Shown here piece after piece: positions 45,101 to 58,950 of a DNA stretch of 64,000 nt; position 1 is the first letter of the stretch, and each line of letters begins with the position of its first letter. This DNA comes from Eledone cirrhosa. Its lineage: Eukaryota. The notes below the pieces were generated by a model. The model was not told the DNA's origin and made no database searches. It saw nothing but the letters and a program-made list of their open reading frames with translations. The position numbers and the translations under genes were made by a program. The stretch lies in NCBI GenBank assembly GCA_964016885.1, contig OZ024755.1, positions 44,020,001 to 44,084,000 on the forward strand, in the 5' to 3' direction.

Positions 45101-48100
45101 GTACCAACGTATAGTGTGTACCATAGTTGACAGTACCAACATATACTGTGTACCACAGTTGACAGTACCAACATATACTGTGTACCACAGTTCACAGTAC
45201 CAACGTATACTGTGTACCACATTTGACAGTACGAACATATACTGTGTACCACAGTTGACAGTACCAACATATACTGTGTACCACTTTTGACAGTACCAAC
45301 ATATACCGTGTATCACATTTGACAGTACCAACATGTACTGTGTACCACTGTTGACAGTACCAACATATACTGTGTACCACAGTTGACAGTACCAACATGT
45401 ACCGTGTACCACAGTTGACAGTACCAACGTATACTGTGTACCACAGTTGACAATACCAACATATACTGTGTACCACATTTGACAGTACCAACATATACTG
45501 TGTACCACAGTTGAAAGTACCAACGTATACTGTGTACCACAGTTGACAACACCAACATATACTGTGTACCACAGTTGACAGTACCAACATATACTGTATA
45601 CCACAGTTGACAGTACCAACATATACTGTGTACCAGAGTTGACAGTACCAACATATACTGTGTACCACAGTTGACAGTACCAACATATACTGTATACCAC
45701 AGTTGACAGTACCAACATATACTGTGTACCACTGTTGACAGTACCAACATATACAGTGTACCACAGTTGACAGTACCAACATATACTGTGTACCACAGCT
45801 GACACTACCAACATATACTTTTACCTCAGTTGACAGTACTACCATATATTGTGTACCACCGTTGACAATACCAACGTATACTGTGTACCACAGTTGACAG
45901 TACCAAAGTATACTGTGCACCACAGTTGACAGTACCAACATATACTGTGTACCACAGTTGACAATACCAACATATACTGTGTACCACAGTTGACAATACC
46001 AACACATATAGTGTACCACAGTTGACAATACCAACACATATAGTGTACCACAGTTGACAGTACCAACGTATACTGTGTACCACAGTTGCCAATGCCAACA
46101 TATACTGTGTACCACAGTTGAGAGTACCAACATGTACCGTGTACCACAGTTGACAGTACCAACGTATACTGTGTACCACAGTTGACAGTACCAACGTATA
46201 CTGTTTACCACAGTTGACAGTACCAACATATACTGTGTACCACAGTTGACAGTACCAACATATACTGTGTACCACAGTTGACAGTACTAACATATACTGT
46301 GTACTACAGTTGACAGTACCAACATATACTGTGTAACAGAGTTGACAGTACCAACATGTACTGTGTACCACAGTTGACAGTACCAACATATACTGTGTAC
46401 CACAGTTGGCAGTACCAACATATAATGTGTACCTCAGTTGACAGTACCAACACATACTGTGTACCACAGTTGACAGTACCAACGTATACTGTGTACCACA
46501 GTTGACAGTACCAACGTTTACTGTGTACCACAGTTGACAGTACCAATATATACTGTGTAACACAGTTGACAATACCAACATATAATGTGTACCACAGTTG
46601 ACAGTACCAACGTATACTGTGAACCACTGTTGGCAATACCAACATATACTGTGTACCACAGTTGACAGTACCAACATATACAGTGTACCACAGTTGACAG
46701 TACCAACATATACTGTGTACCACAGTTGACAGTACCAACATATACTGTATACCACAGTTGACAGTACCAACATGTAACGTGAACCACAGTTGACAGTACC
46801 AACGTATACTGTGTACCACAGTTGAGAGTACCAACGTATAGTGTGTACCACAGTTGACAGTACCAACATACACTGTGTACCACAGTTGACAGTACCAACA
46901 TATACTGTGTACCACAGTTCACAGTACCAACGTATACTGTGTACCACATTTGACAGTACCAACATATACTGTGTACCACAGTTGACAGTACCAACATATA
47001 CGGTGTACCACTGTTGACAGTACCAACATATACCGTGTACCACATTTGACAGTACCAACATATTCTGTGTACCACTGTTGACAGTACCAACATATACTGT
47101 GTACCACAGTTGACAGTACCAACATGCACAGTGTACCACAGTTGACAGTACCAACGTATACTGTGTACCACAGTTGACAATACCAACATATACTGTGTAC
47201 CACAGTTGACAGTACCAACATATACTGTGTACCACAGTTGAAAGTACCAACGTATACTGTGTACCACAGTTGACAACACCAACATATACTGTGTACCACA
47301 GTTGACAGTACCAACATATACTGTATACCACAGTTGACAGTACCAACATAGACTGTGTACCACAGTTGACAGTACCAACATATACTGTGTACCACAGTTG
47401 ACAGTACCAACATATACTGTATACCACAGTTGAAAGTACCAACATATACTGTGTACCATTGTTGAAAGTACCAACATATACCGTGTACCACAGTTGACAG
47501 TACCAACATATACTGTGTACCACAGCTGACACTACCAACATATACTTGTACCTCAGTTAACAGTACTACCATATATTGTGTACCACCGTTGACAATACCA
47601 ACGTATACTGTGCACCACAGTTGACAATACCAACATATACTGTGTAGCACAGTTGACAATACCAGCACATATAGTGTACCACAGTTGACAGTACCAACGT
47701 ATACTGTGTAGCACAGTTGCCAATGCCAACATATACTGTGTACCACAGTTGAGAGTACCAACATATACTGTGTAACACAGTTGACAGTACCAACATAGAC
47801 TGTGTACCACAGTTGACAGTACCAACATATATTGTGTACCACGGTTGACAGTACCAACATATACTGTGTACCACAGTTGACAGTACCAACATATACTGTG
47901 TACCATAGTTGACATTACCAACGTATATTGTGTACCACAGTTGACAGTACCTACATGTACTGTGTACCACAGTTGACAGTACCAACATATACTGTGTACC
48001 ACAGTTGACAGTACCAACGTATACTGTGTACCACAGTTGACAGTACCAACATATAACGTGTACCACAGTTGGCAGTACCATCATATACTGTGTACCACAG

Positions 48101-50840
48101 TTGACAGTACCAACATATACTGTGTACCACAGTTGACAGTACCAACATATACTGTGTACCATAGTTGACATTACCAACGTATATTGTGTACCACAGTTGA
48201 CAGTACCAACATACACCGTGTACAAGAGTTGACAGTACCAACATATACTGTGTACCACAGTTGCGAGTACCAACATAAACTGTGTACCACAGTTGACAGT
48301 ACCAACATATACTGTGTACCACAGTTGACAGTACCAACATATACTGTGTACGACAGTTGACAGTACCAACATATACTGTATACCACAGTTGACAGTACCA
48401 ACACATACTGTGTACCACAGTTGACAGTACCAACATATACTGTGTACCACAGTTGACAGTACCAACATATACTGTGTACCACAGTTGACAGTACCAACAT
48501 ATACTGTGTACCACAGTTGACAGTACTAACATATACTGTGTACTACAGTTGACAGTACCAACATATACTGTGTACCACAGTTGACAGTACCAACATGTAC
48601 TGTGTACCACAGTTGACAGTACCAACATATACTGTGTACCACAGTTGGCAGTACCAACATATACAGTGTACCACAGTTGACAGTACCAACATATACTGTG
48701 TACCACAGTTGACAGTACCAACATGTACCGTGAACCACAGTTGACAGTACCAACGTATACTGTGTACCACAGTTGAGAGTACCAACGTATAGTGTGTACC
48801 ACAGTTGACAGTACCAACATATACTGTGTACCACAGTTGACAGTACCAACATATACTGTGTACCACAGTTCACAGTACCAACGTATACTGTGTACCACAT
48901 TTGACAGTACCAACATATACTGTGTACCACAGTTGACAGTACCAACATATACTGTGTACCACTGTTGACAGTACCAACATATACCGTGTACCACATTTGA
49001 CAGTACCAACATGTACCGTGAACCACAGTAGACAGTACCAACATATACTGTTTACCACTGTTGACAGTACCAACATATACCGTGTAACACAGTTGACAGT
49101 ACCAACATATACTGTGTACCACTGTTGACAGTACCAACATATACCGTGTACCACAGTTCACAGTACCAACGTATACTGTTTATGTTACCACAGTTGACAG
49201 TACCAACATATACTGTGTACCACAGTTGAGACTACCAACATATACTGGGTACGACTGTTGACAGTAACAACATATACTATGTACCACAGTTGACAGTACC
49301 AACATATACTGTGTACCACAGTTGACAGTACCAACGTATACTGTGTACGACAGTTGACAGTACCAACGTATACTGGGTACCACATTTGACACTACCAACA
49401 TATACTGTGTACCACAGTTGACAGTACCAACGTCTACTGTGTACCACAGTTGACGATACCAACATATACTGTGTACCACAGTTGACAGTACCAACATATA
49501 CTGTATACCACAATTGACAGTACCGACATATACTGTGTACCACAGTTGACAATACCAACATATACTTTGTACCACGGTTGACAGTACCAACGTATACTGT
49601 GTACCACTGTTGACAATATCAACATATACTGTTTACCACAGTTGACAGTACCAACATATACTGTGTACCACAGTTGACAGTACCAACATATACTGTGTAC
49701 CACAGTTGACAGTACCAACATATACTGTGTACCACAGTTGGCAGTACCAACATATAATGTGTACCACAGTTGACAGTACCAACATATACTGTGTACCACA
49801 GTTGACATTACCAACATATACTGTGAACCACAGTTGACAGTACTAACATATACTGTGTACTACAGTTGACAGTACCAACATATACTGTGTACCACAGTTG
49901 ACAGTACCAACATATACTGTGTACCACAGTTGACAGTACCAACATATACTGTGTACCACAGTTGAGAGTACCAACATACACCGTGTACGACAGTTGACAG
50001 TAAAAACATATACTGTGTACCACAGTTGAGAGTACCAACAAACTGTGTACCACAGTTGACAGTACCAACATATACTGTGTACCACAGTTGACAGTACCAA
50101 CATATACTGTGTACCACAGTTGACAGTACCAACATATACTGTATACCACAGTTGACAGTACCAACATATACTGTGTACCACAGTTGACAGTACCAACATA
50201 TACTGTGTACCACAGTTGACAGTACCAACATATACTGTGTACCACAGTTGACAGTACTAACATATACTGTGTACTACAGTTGACAGTACCAACATATATT
50301 GTGTACCACAGTTGACAGTACCAACATATACTGTGTACCACAGTTGGCAGTACCAACATATAATGTGTACCTCAGTTGACAGTACCAACATATACTGTGT
50401 ACCACAGTTGAAAGTACCAACGTATACTGTGTACCACAGTTGACAGTACCAACGTATACTATGTACCACAGTTGACAGTACCAATATATACTGTGTAACA
50501 CAGTTGACAATACCAACATATAATGTGTACCACAGTTGACAGTACCAACGTATACTTTGAACCACTGTTGGCAATACCAACATATACTGTGTACTACAGT
50601 TGACAGAACCAACATATACAGTGTACCACAGTTGACAGTACCAACATATACTGTGTACCACAGTTGACAGTACCAACATATACTGTGTACCACAGTTGAC
50701 AGAACCAACATGTACCGTGAACCACAGTTGACAGTACCAACGTATACTGTGTACCACAGTTGAGAGTACCAAAGTATAGTGTGTACCACAGTTGACAGTA
50801 CCAACATATACTGTGTACCACAGTTGACAGTACCAACATA
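38115..50840. repeat. Tandem duplication of a 6337-bp (198-monomer) unit, junction at ~44450-44505
   Basis: ORF pairs 38223/44560, 39489/45826, 41614/47951, 42843/49180 and 43920/50257 are all offset 6337 = 198x32+1 (indels -1, -1, +5, -2). I noticed only one difference (cttgtacctc at ~39481 vs cttttacctc at ~45818). Confidence 0.95.
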
Positions 50841-51699
50841 TATAGTGTACCACAGTTCACAGTACCAACGTATACTGTGTACCACATTTGACAGTACCAA
50901 CATATACTGTGTACCACAGTTGACAGTACCAACATATACTGTGTACCACTTTTGACAGTACCAACATATACCGTGTATCACATTTGACAGTACCAACATA
51001 TACTGTGTACCACTGTTGACAGTACCAACATATACTGTGTACCACAGTTGACAGTACCAACATGTACCGTGTACCACAGTTGACAGTACCAACGTATACT
51101 GTGTACCACAGTTGACAATACCAACATATACTGTGTACCACAGTTGACAGTACCAACATATACTGTGTACCACAGTTGAAAGTACCAACGTATAATGTGT
51201 ACCACAGTTGACAACACCAACATATACTGTGTACCACAGTTGACAGTACCAACATATACTGTATACCACAGTTGACAGTACCAACATATACTGTGTACCA
51301 CAGTTGACAGTACCAACAAATACTGTGTACCACAGTTGACAGTACCAATGTATACTGTGTACCACAGTTGACATTACCAACATATACTGTGTACCACAGT
51401 TGACAGTACCAACATATACTGTGTACCATAGTTGACATTACCAACGTATATTGTGTTCCACAGTTGACAGTACCAACATGTACTGTGTACCACAGTTCAC
51501 AGTACCAACGTATACTGTGTACCACAGTTGACAGTACCAACGTATACTGTGTACCACAGTTGACAGTACCAACATATACTGTGTACCACAGTTGACAGTA
51601 CCATCATATACTGTGTACCACAGTTGACAGTACCAACATATATTGTGTACCACAGTTGACAATACCAACATATACTGTGTACCATAGTTGACATTACCA

Positions 51700-54600
51700 A
51701 CGTATATTGTGTACCACAGTTGACATTACCAACATATCCTGTGTACCTCAGTTGACAGTACCAACATATACTGTATACCACAGTTGACAGTACCAACATA
51801 TACTGTGTACCACTGTTGACAGTACCAATATATACCGTGTACCACAGTTGACAGTACCAACATATACTGTGTACCACAGCTGACACTACCAACATATACT
51901 TGTACCTCAGTTGACAGTACTACCATATATTGTGTACCACCGTTGACAATACCAACGTATACTGTGTACCACAGTTGACAATACCAACACATATAGTGTA
52001 CCACAGTTGACTGTACCAACGTATATTGTGTACCACAGTTGCCAATGCCAACATATACTGTGTACCACAGTTGAGAGTACCAACATGTACCGTGTACCAC
52101 AGTTGACAGTACCAACGTATACTGTGTACCACAGTTGACAATACCAACATATACTGTGTACCACAGTTGACAGTACCAACATATACTGTGTACCCTAGTT
52201 GAAAGTACCAACGTATACTGTGTACCACAGTTGACAACACCAACATATACTGTGTATCACAGTTGACAGTACCAACATATACTGTATACCACAGTTGACA
52301 GTACCAACATATACTGTGTACCACAGTTGACAGTACCAACATATACTGTGTACCACAGTTGACAGTACCAACATATACTGTATACCACAGTTGACAGTAC
52401 CAACATATACTGTGTACCACTGTTGACAGTACCAACATATACCGTGTACCACAGTTGACAGTACCAACATATACTGTGTACCACAGCTGACACTACCAAC
52501 ATATACTTGTACCTCAGTTGACAGTACTACCATATATTGTGTACCACCGTTGACAATACCAACGTATACTGTGTACCACAGTTGACAGTACCAACGTATA
52601 CTGTGCACCACAGTTGACAGTACCAACATATACTGTGTACAACAGTTGGCAGTACCAACATATAATGTGTACCTCAGTTGACAGTACCAACATATACTGT
52701 GTACCACAGTTGACAGTACCAACGTATACTGTGTACCACAGTTGACAGTACCAACGTATACTGTGTACCACAGTTGACAGTACCAATATATACTGTGTAA
52801 CACAGTTGACAATACCAACATATAATGTGTACCACAGTTGACAGTACCAACGTATACTGTGAACCACTGTTGGCAATACCAACATGTACTGTGTACTACA
52901 GTTGACAGAACCAACATATACAGTGTACCACAGTTGACAGTACCAACATATACTGTGTACCACAGTTGACAGTACCAACATATACTGTGTACCACAGTTG
53001 ACAGAACCAACATGTACCGTGAACCACAGTTGACAGTACCAACGTATACTGTGTACCACAGTTGAGAGTACCAACGTATAGTGTGTACCACAGTTGACAG
53101 TACCAACATATACTGTGTACCACAGTTGACAGTACCAACATATACTGTGTACCACAGTTCACAGTACCAACGTATACTGTGTACCACATTTGACAGTACC
53201 AACATATACTGTGTACCACAGTTGACAGTACCAACATATACTGTGTACCACTTTTGACAGTACCAACATATACCGTGTATCACATTTGACAGTACCAACA
53301 TATACTGTGTACCACTGTTGACAGTACCAACATATACTGTGTACCACAGTTGACAGTACCAACATGTACCGTGTACCACAGTTGACAGTACCAACGTATA
53401 CTGTGTACCACAGTTGACAATACCAACATATACTGTGTACCACAGTTGACAGTACCAACATATACTGTGTACCACAGTTGAAAGTACCAACGTATACTGT
53501 GTACCACAGTTGACAACACCAACATATACTGTGTACCACAGTTGACAGTACCAACATATACTGTATACCACAGTTGACAGTACCAACATATACTGTGTAC
53601 CACAGTTGACAGTACCAACATATACTGTGTACCACAGTTGACAGTACCAACATATACTGTATACCAGAGTTGACAGTACCAACATATACTGTGTACCACT
53701 GTTGACAGTACCAACATATACAGTGTACCACAGTTGACATTACCAACATATACTGTGTACCACAGCTGACAATACCAACATATACTTGTACCTCAGTTGA
53801 GAGTACTACCATATATTGTGTACCACCGTTGACAATACCAACGTATACTGTGTACCACAGTTGACAGTACCAACGTATACTGTGCACCACAGTTGACAGT
53901 ACCAACATATACTGTGTACCACAGTTGACAATACCAACATATACTGTGTACCACAGTTGACAATACCAACACATATAGTGTACCACAGTTGACAATACGA
54001 ACACATATAGTGTACCACAGTTGACAGTACCAACGTATACTGTGTAACACAGTTGCCAATGCCAACATATACTGTGTACCACAGTTGAGAGTACCAACGT
54101 ATACTGTGTACCACAGTTGACAGTACCAACGTATACTGTTTACCACAGTTGACAATACCAACATATACTGTGTACCACAGTTGACAGTACCCACATATAC
54201 TGTGTACCACAGTTGACAGTTCCAACATATAAGGTGTACCACTGTTGATACTACCGACATATACTGTGTAGCACAGTTGACAGTACTAACATATACTGTG
54301 TACCACAGTTGAGAGTACCACCATATACTGGGTACCACTGTTGACAGTACCAACATATACTGTGTACCACAGTTGACAGTACCAACATATACTGTGTACC
54401 ATAGTTGACAGTACCAACATATCCTGTGTACCTCAGTTGTCAGTACCAACATATACTGTATACCACAGTTGACAATACCAACATATACTGTGTACCACTG
54501 TTGACAGTACCAACATATACCGTGTACCACAGTTGACAGTACCAACATATACTGTGTACCACAGCTGACACTACCAACATATACTTGTACCTCAATTGAC

Positions 54601-57600
54601 AGTACTACCATATATTGTGTACCACCGTTGACAATACCAACGTAAACTGTGTACCACAGTTGACAGTACCAACGTATACTGTGCACCACAGTTGACAGTA
54701 CCAACATATACTGTGTACCACAGTTGACAATACCAACATATACTGTGTACCACAGTTGACAATACCAACACATATAGTGTACCACAGTTGACAGTACCAA
54801 CGTATACTGTGTACCACAGTTGACAATACCAACATATACTGTGTACCACAGTTGACAGTACCAACATATACTGTGTACCACAGTTGAAAGTACCAACGTA
54901 TACTGTGTACCACAGTTGACAACACCAACATATACTGTGTACCACAGTTGACAGTACCAACATATACTGTATACCACAGTTGACAGTACAAACATATACT
55001 GTGTACCACAGTTGACAGTACCAACATATACTGTGTACCACAGTTGACAGTACCAACATATACTGTATACCACAGTTGACAGTACCAACATATACTGTGT
55101 ACCACTGTTGACAATACCAACATATACCGTGTACCACAGTTGACAGTACCAACATATACTGTGTACCACAGCTGACACTACCAACATATACTTGTACCTC
55201 AGTTGACAGTATTACCATATATTGTGTACCACCGTTGACAATACCAACGTATATTGTGTACCACAGTTGACAGTACCAACGTATACTGTGCACCACAGTT
55301 GACAGTACCAAAATATACTGTGTACCACAGTTGACAATACCAACATATACTGTGTACCACAGTTGACAATACCAACACATATAGTGTACCACAGTTGACA
55401 GTACCAACGTATACTGTGTACCACAGTTGCCAATGCCAACATATACTGTGTACCACAGTTGAGAGTACCAACATATACGGTGTACCACAGTTGACAGTAC
55501 CAACATATACTGTGTACCACAGTTGACAGTACCAACATATACTGTGTACCACAGTTGACAGTACCAATGTATACTGTGTACCACAGTTGACAGTACCAAC
55601 ATATACTGTGTACCACAGTTGACAGTACCAACATATACTGTGTACCATAGTTGACATTACCAACGTATATTGTGTTCCACAGTTGACAGTACCAACATGT
55701 ACTGTGTACCACAGTTGACAGTACCAACGTATACTGTGTACCACAGTTGACAGTACCAACGTATACTGTGTACCACAGTTGACAGTACCAACATATAATG
55801 TGTACCACAGTTGACAGTACCATCATATACTGTGTACGACAGTTGACAGTACCAACATATATTGTGTACCACAGTTGACAGTACCAACATATACTGTGTA
55901 CCATAGTTGACATTACCAACGTATATTGTGTACCACAGTTGACAGTACCAACATATCCTGTGTACCTCAGTTGACAGTACCATCATATACTGTATACCAC
56001 AGTTGACAGTACCAACATATACTGTGTACCACTGTTGACAGTACCAATATATACCGTGTACCACAGTTGACAGTACCAACATATACTGTGTACCACAGCT
56101 GACACTACCAACATATACTTGTACCTCAGTTGACAGTACTACCATATATTGTGTACCACCGTTGACAATACCAACGTATACTGTGTACCACAGTTGACTG
56201 TACCAAGGTATACTGTGCACCACAGTTGACAGTACCAACATATACTGTGTACCACAGTTGACAATACCAACATATACTGTGTACCACAGTTGACAATACC
56301 AACACATATAGTGTACCACAGTTGACAGTACCAACGTATATTGTGTACCACAGTTGCCAATGCCAACATATACTGTGTACCACAGTTGAGAGTACCAACA
56401 AGTACCGTGTACCACAGTTGACAGTACCAACGTATACTGTGTACCACAGTTGACAATACCAACATATACTGTGTACCACAGTTGACAGTACCAACATATA
56501 CTGTGTACCACAGTTGAAAGTACCAACGTATACTGTGTACCACAGTTGACAACACCAACATATACTGTGTATCACAGTTGACAGTACCAACATATACTGT
56601 ATACCACAGTTGACAGTACCAACATATACTGTGTACCACAGTTGACAGTACCAACATATACTGTGTACCACAGTTGACAGTACCAACATATACTGTATAC
56701 CACAGTTGACAGTACCAACATATACTGTGTACCACTGTTGACAGTACCAACATATACTGTGTACCCTAGTTGACATTCCCAACGTATATTGTGTACCACA
56801 GTTGACAGTACCAACATGTACTGTGTACCACAGTTGACAGTACCAACGTATACTGTGTACCACAGTTGACAGTACCAACGTATACTGTGTACCACAGTTG
56901 ACAGTACCAACGTATACTGTGCACCACAGTTGACAGTACCAACATATACTGTGTACCACAGTTGACAATACCAACATATACTGTGTACCACAGTTGACAA
57001 TACCAACACATATAGTGTACCACAGTTGACAGTACCAACGTATACTGTGTACCACAGTTGCCAATGCCATCATATACTGTGTACCACAGTTGAGAGTAAC
57101 AACATATACTGTGTACCACAGTTGACAGTACCAACATATACTGTGTACCACAGTTGACAGTACCAACATATACTGTGTACCACAGTTGACAGTACCAATG
57201 TATACTGTGTACCACAGTTGACAGTACCAACATATACTGTGTACCATAGTTGACATTACCAATGTATATTGTGTACCACAGTTGACATTACCAACATATC
57301 CTGTGTACCTCAGTTGACAGTACCAACATATACTGTATACCACAGTTGACAGTACCAACATATACTGTGTACCACTGTTGACAGTACCAATATATACCGT
57401 GTAACACAGTTGACAGTACCAACATATACTGTGTACCACAGCTGACACTACCAACATATACTTGTACCTCAGTTGACAGTACTACCATATATTGTGTACC
57501 ACCGTTGACAATACCAACGTATACTGTGTACCACAGTTGACAGTACCAACGTATATTGTGCACCACAGTTGACAGTACCAACATATACTGTGTACCACAG

Positions 57601-58950
57601 TTGACAATACCAACATATACTGTGTACCACAGTTGACAATACCAACACATATAGTGTACCATAGTTGACTGTACCAACGTATATTGTGTACCACAGTTGC
57701 CAATGCCAACATATACTGTGTACCACAGTTGAGAGTACCAACATGTACCGTGTACCACAGTTGACAGTGCCAACGTATACTGTGTACCACAGTTGACAAT
57801 ACCAACATATACTGTGTACCACAGTTGACAGTACCAACATATACTGTGTACCCTAGTTGAAAGTACCAACGTATACTGTGTACCACAGTTGACAACACCA
57901 ACATATACTGTGTATCACAGTTGACAGTACCAACATATACTGTATACCACAGTTGACAGTACCAACATATACTGTGTACCACAGTTGACAGTACCAACAT
58001 ATACTGTGTACCACAGTTGACAGTACCAACATATACTGTATACCACAGTTGACAGTACCAACATATACTGTTTACCACTGTTGACAGTACCAACATATAC
58101 CGTGTACCACAGTTGACAGTACCAACATATACTGTGTACCACAGCTGACACTACCAACATATACTTGTACCTCAGTTGACAGTACTACCATATATTGTGT
58201 ACCACCGTTGACAATACCAACGTATACTGTGTACCACAGTTGACAGTACCAACGTATACTGTGCACCACAGTTGACAGTACCAACATATACTGTGTACCA
58301 CAGTTGGCAGTACCAACATATAATGTGTACCTCAGTTGACAGTACCAACATATACTGTGTACCACAGTTGACAGTACCAACGTATACTGTGTACCACAGT
58401 TGACAGTACCAACGTATACTGTGTACCACAGTTAACAGTACCAATATATACTGTGTAACACAGTTGACAATACCAACATATAATGTGTACCACAGTTGAC
58501 AGTACCAACGTATACTGTGAATCACTGTTGGCAATACCAACATATACTGTGTACTACAGTTGACAGAACCAACATATACAGTGTACCACAGTTGACAGTA
58601 CCAACATATACTGTGTACCACAGTTGACAGTACCAACATATACTGTGTACCACAGTTGACAGAACCAACATGTACCGTGAACCACAGTTGACAGTACCAA
58701 CGTATACTGTGTACCACAGTTGAGAGTACCAACGTATAGTGTGTACCACAGTTGACAGTACCAACATATACTGTGTACCACAGTTGACAGTACCAACATA
58801 TACTGTGTACCACAGTTCACAGTACCAACGTATACTGTGTACCACATTTGACAGTACCAACATATACTGTGTACCACAGTTGACAGTACCAACATATACT
58901 GTGTACCACTTTTGACAGTACCAACATATACCGTGTATCACATTTGACAG
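51700..58950. repeat. Dispersed block duplication: ~51700-53290 related to ~57260-58950 (offset 5562, then 5658)
   Basis: ORF pairs 52257/57915, 52514/58172 and 52896/58554 are offset 5658. Shared markers include taccctagttgaaag, ttgactgtacc and acattaccaacatatcctg. Several substitutions separate the copies. Confidence 0.8.
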
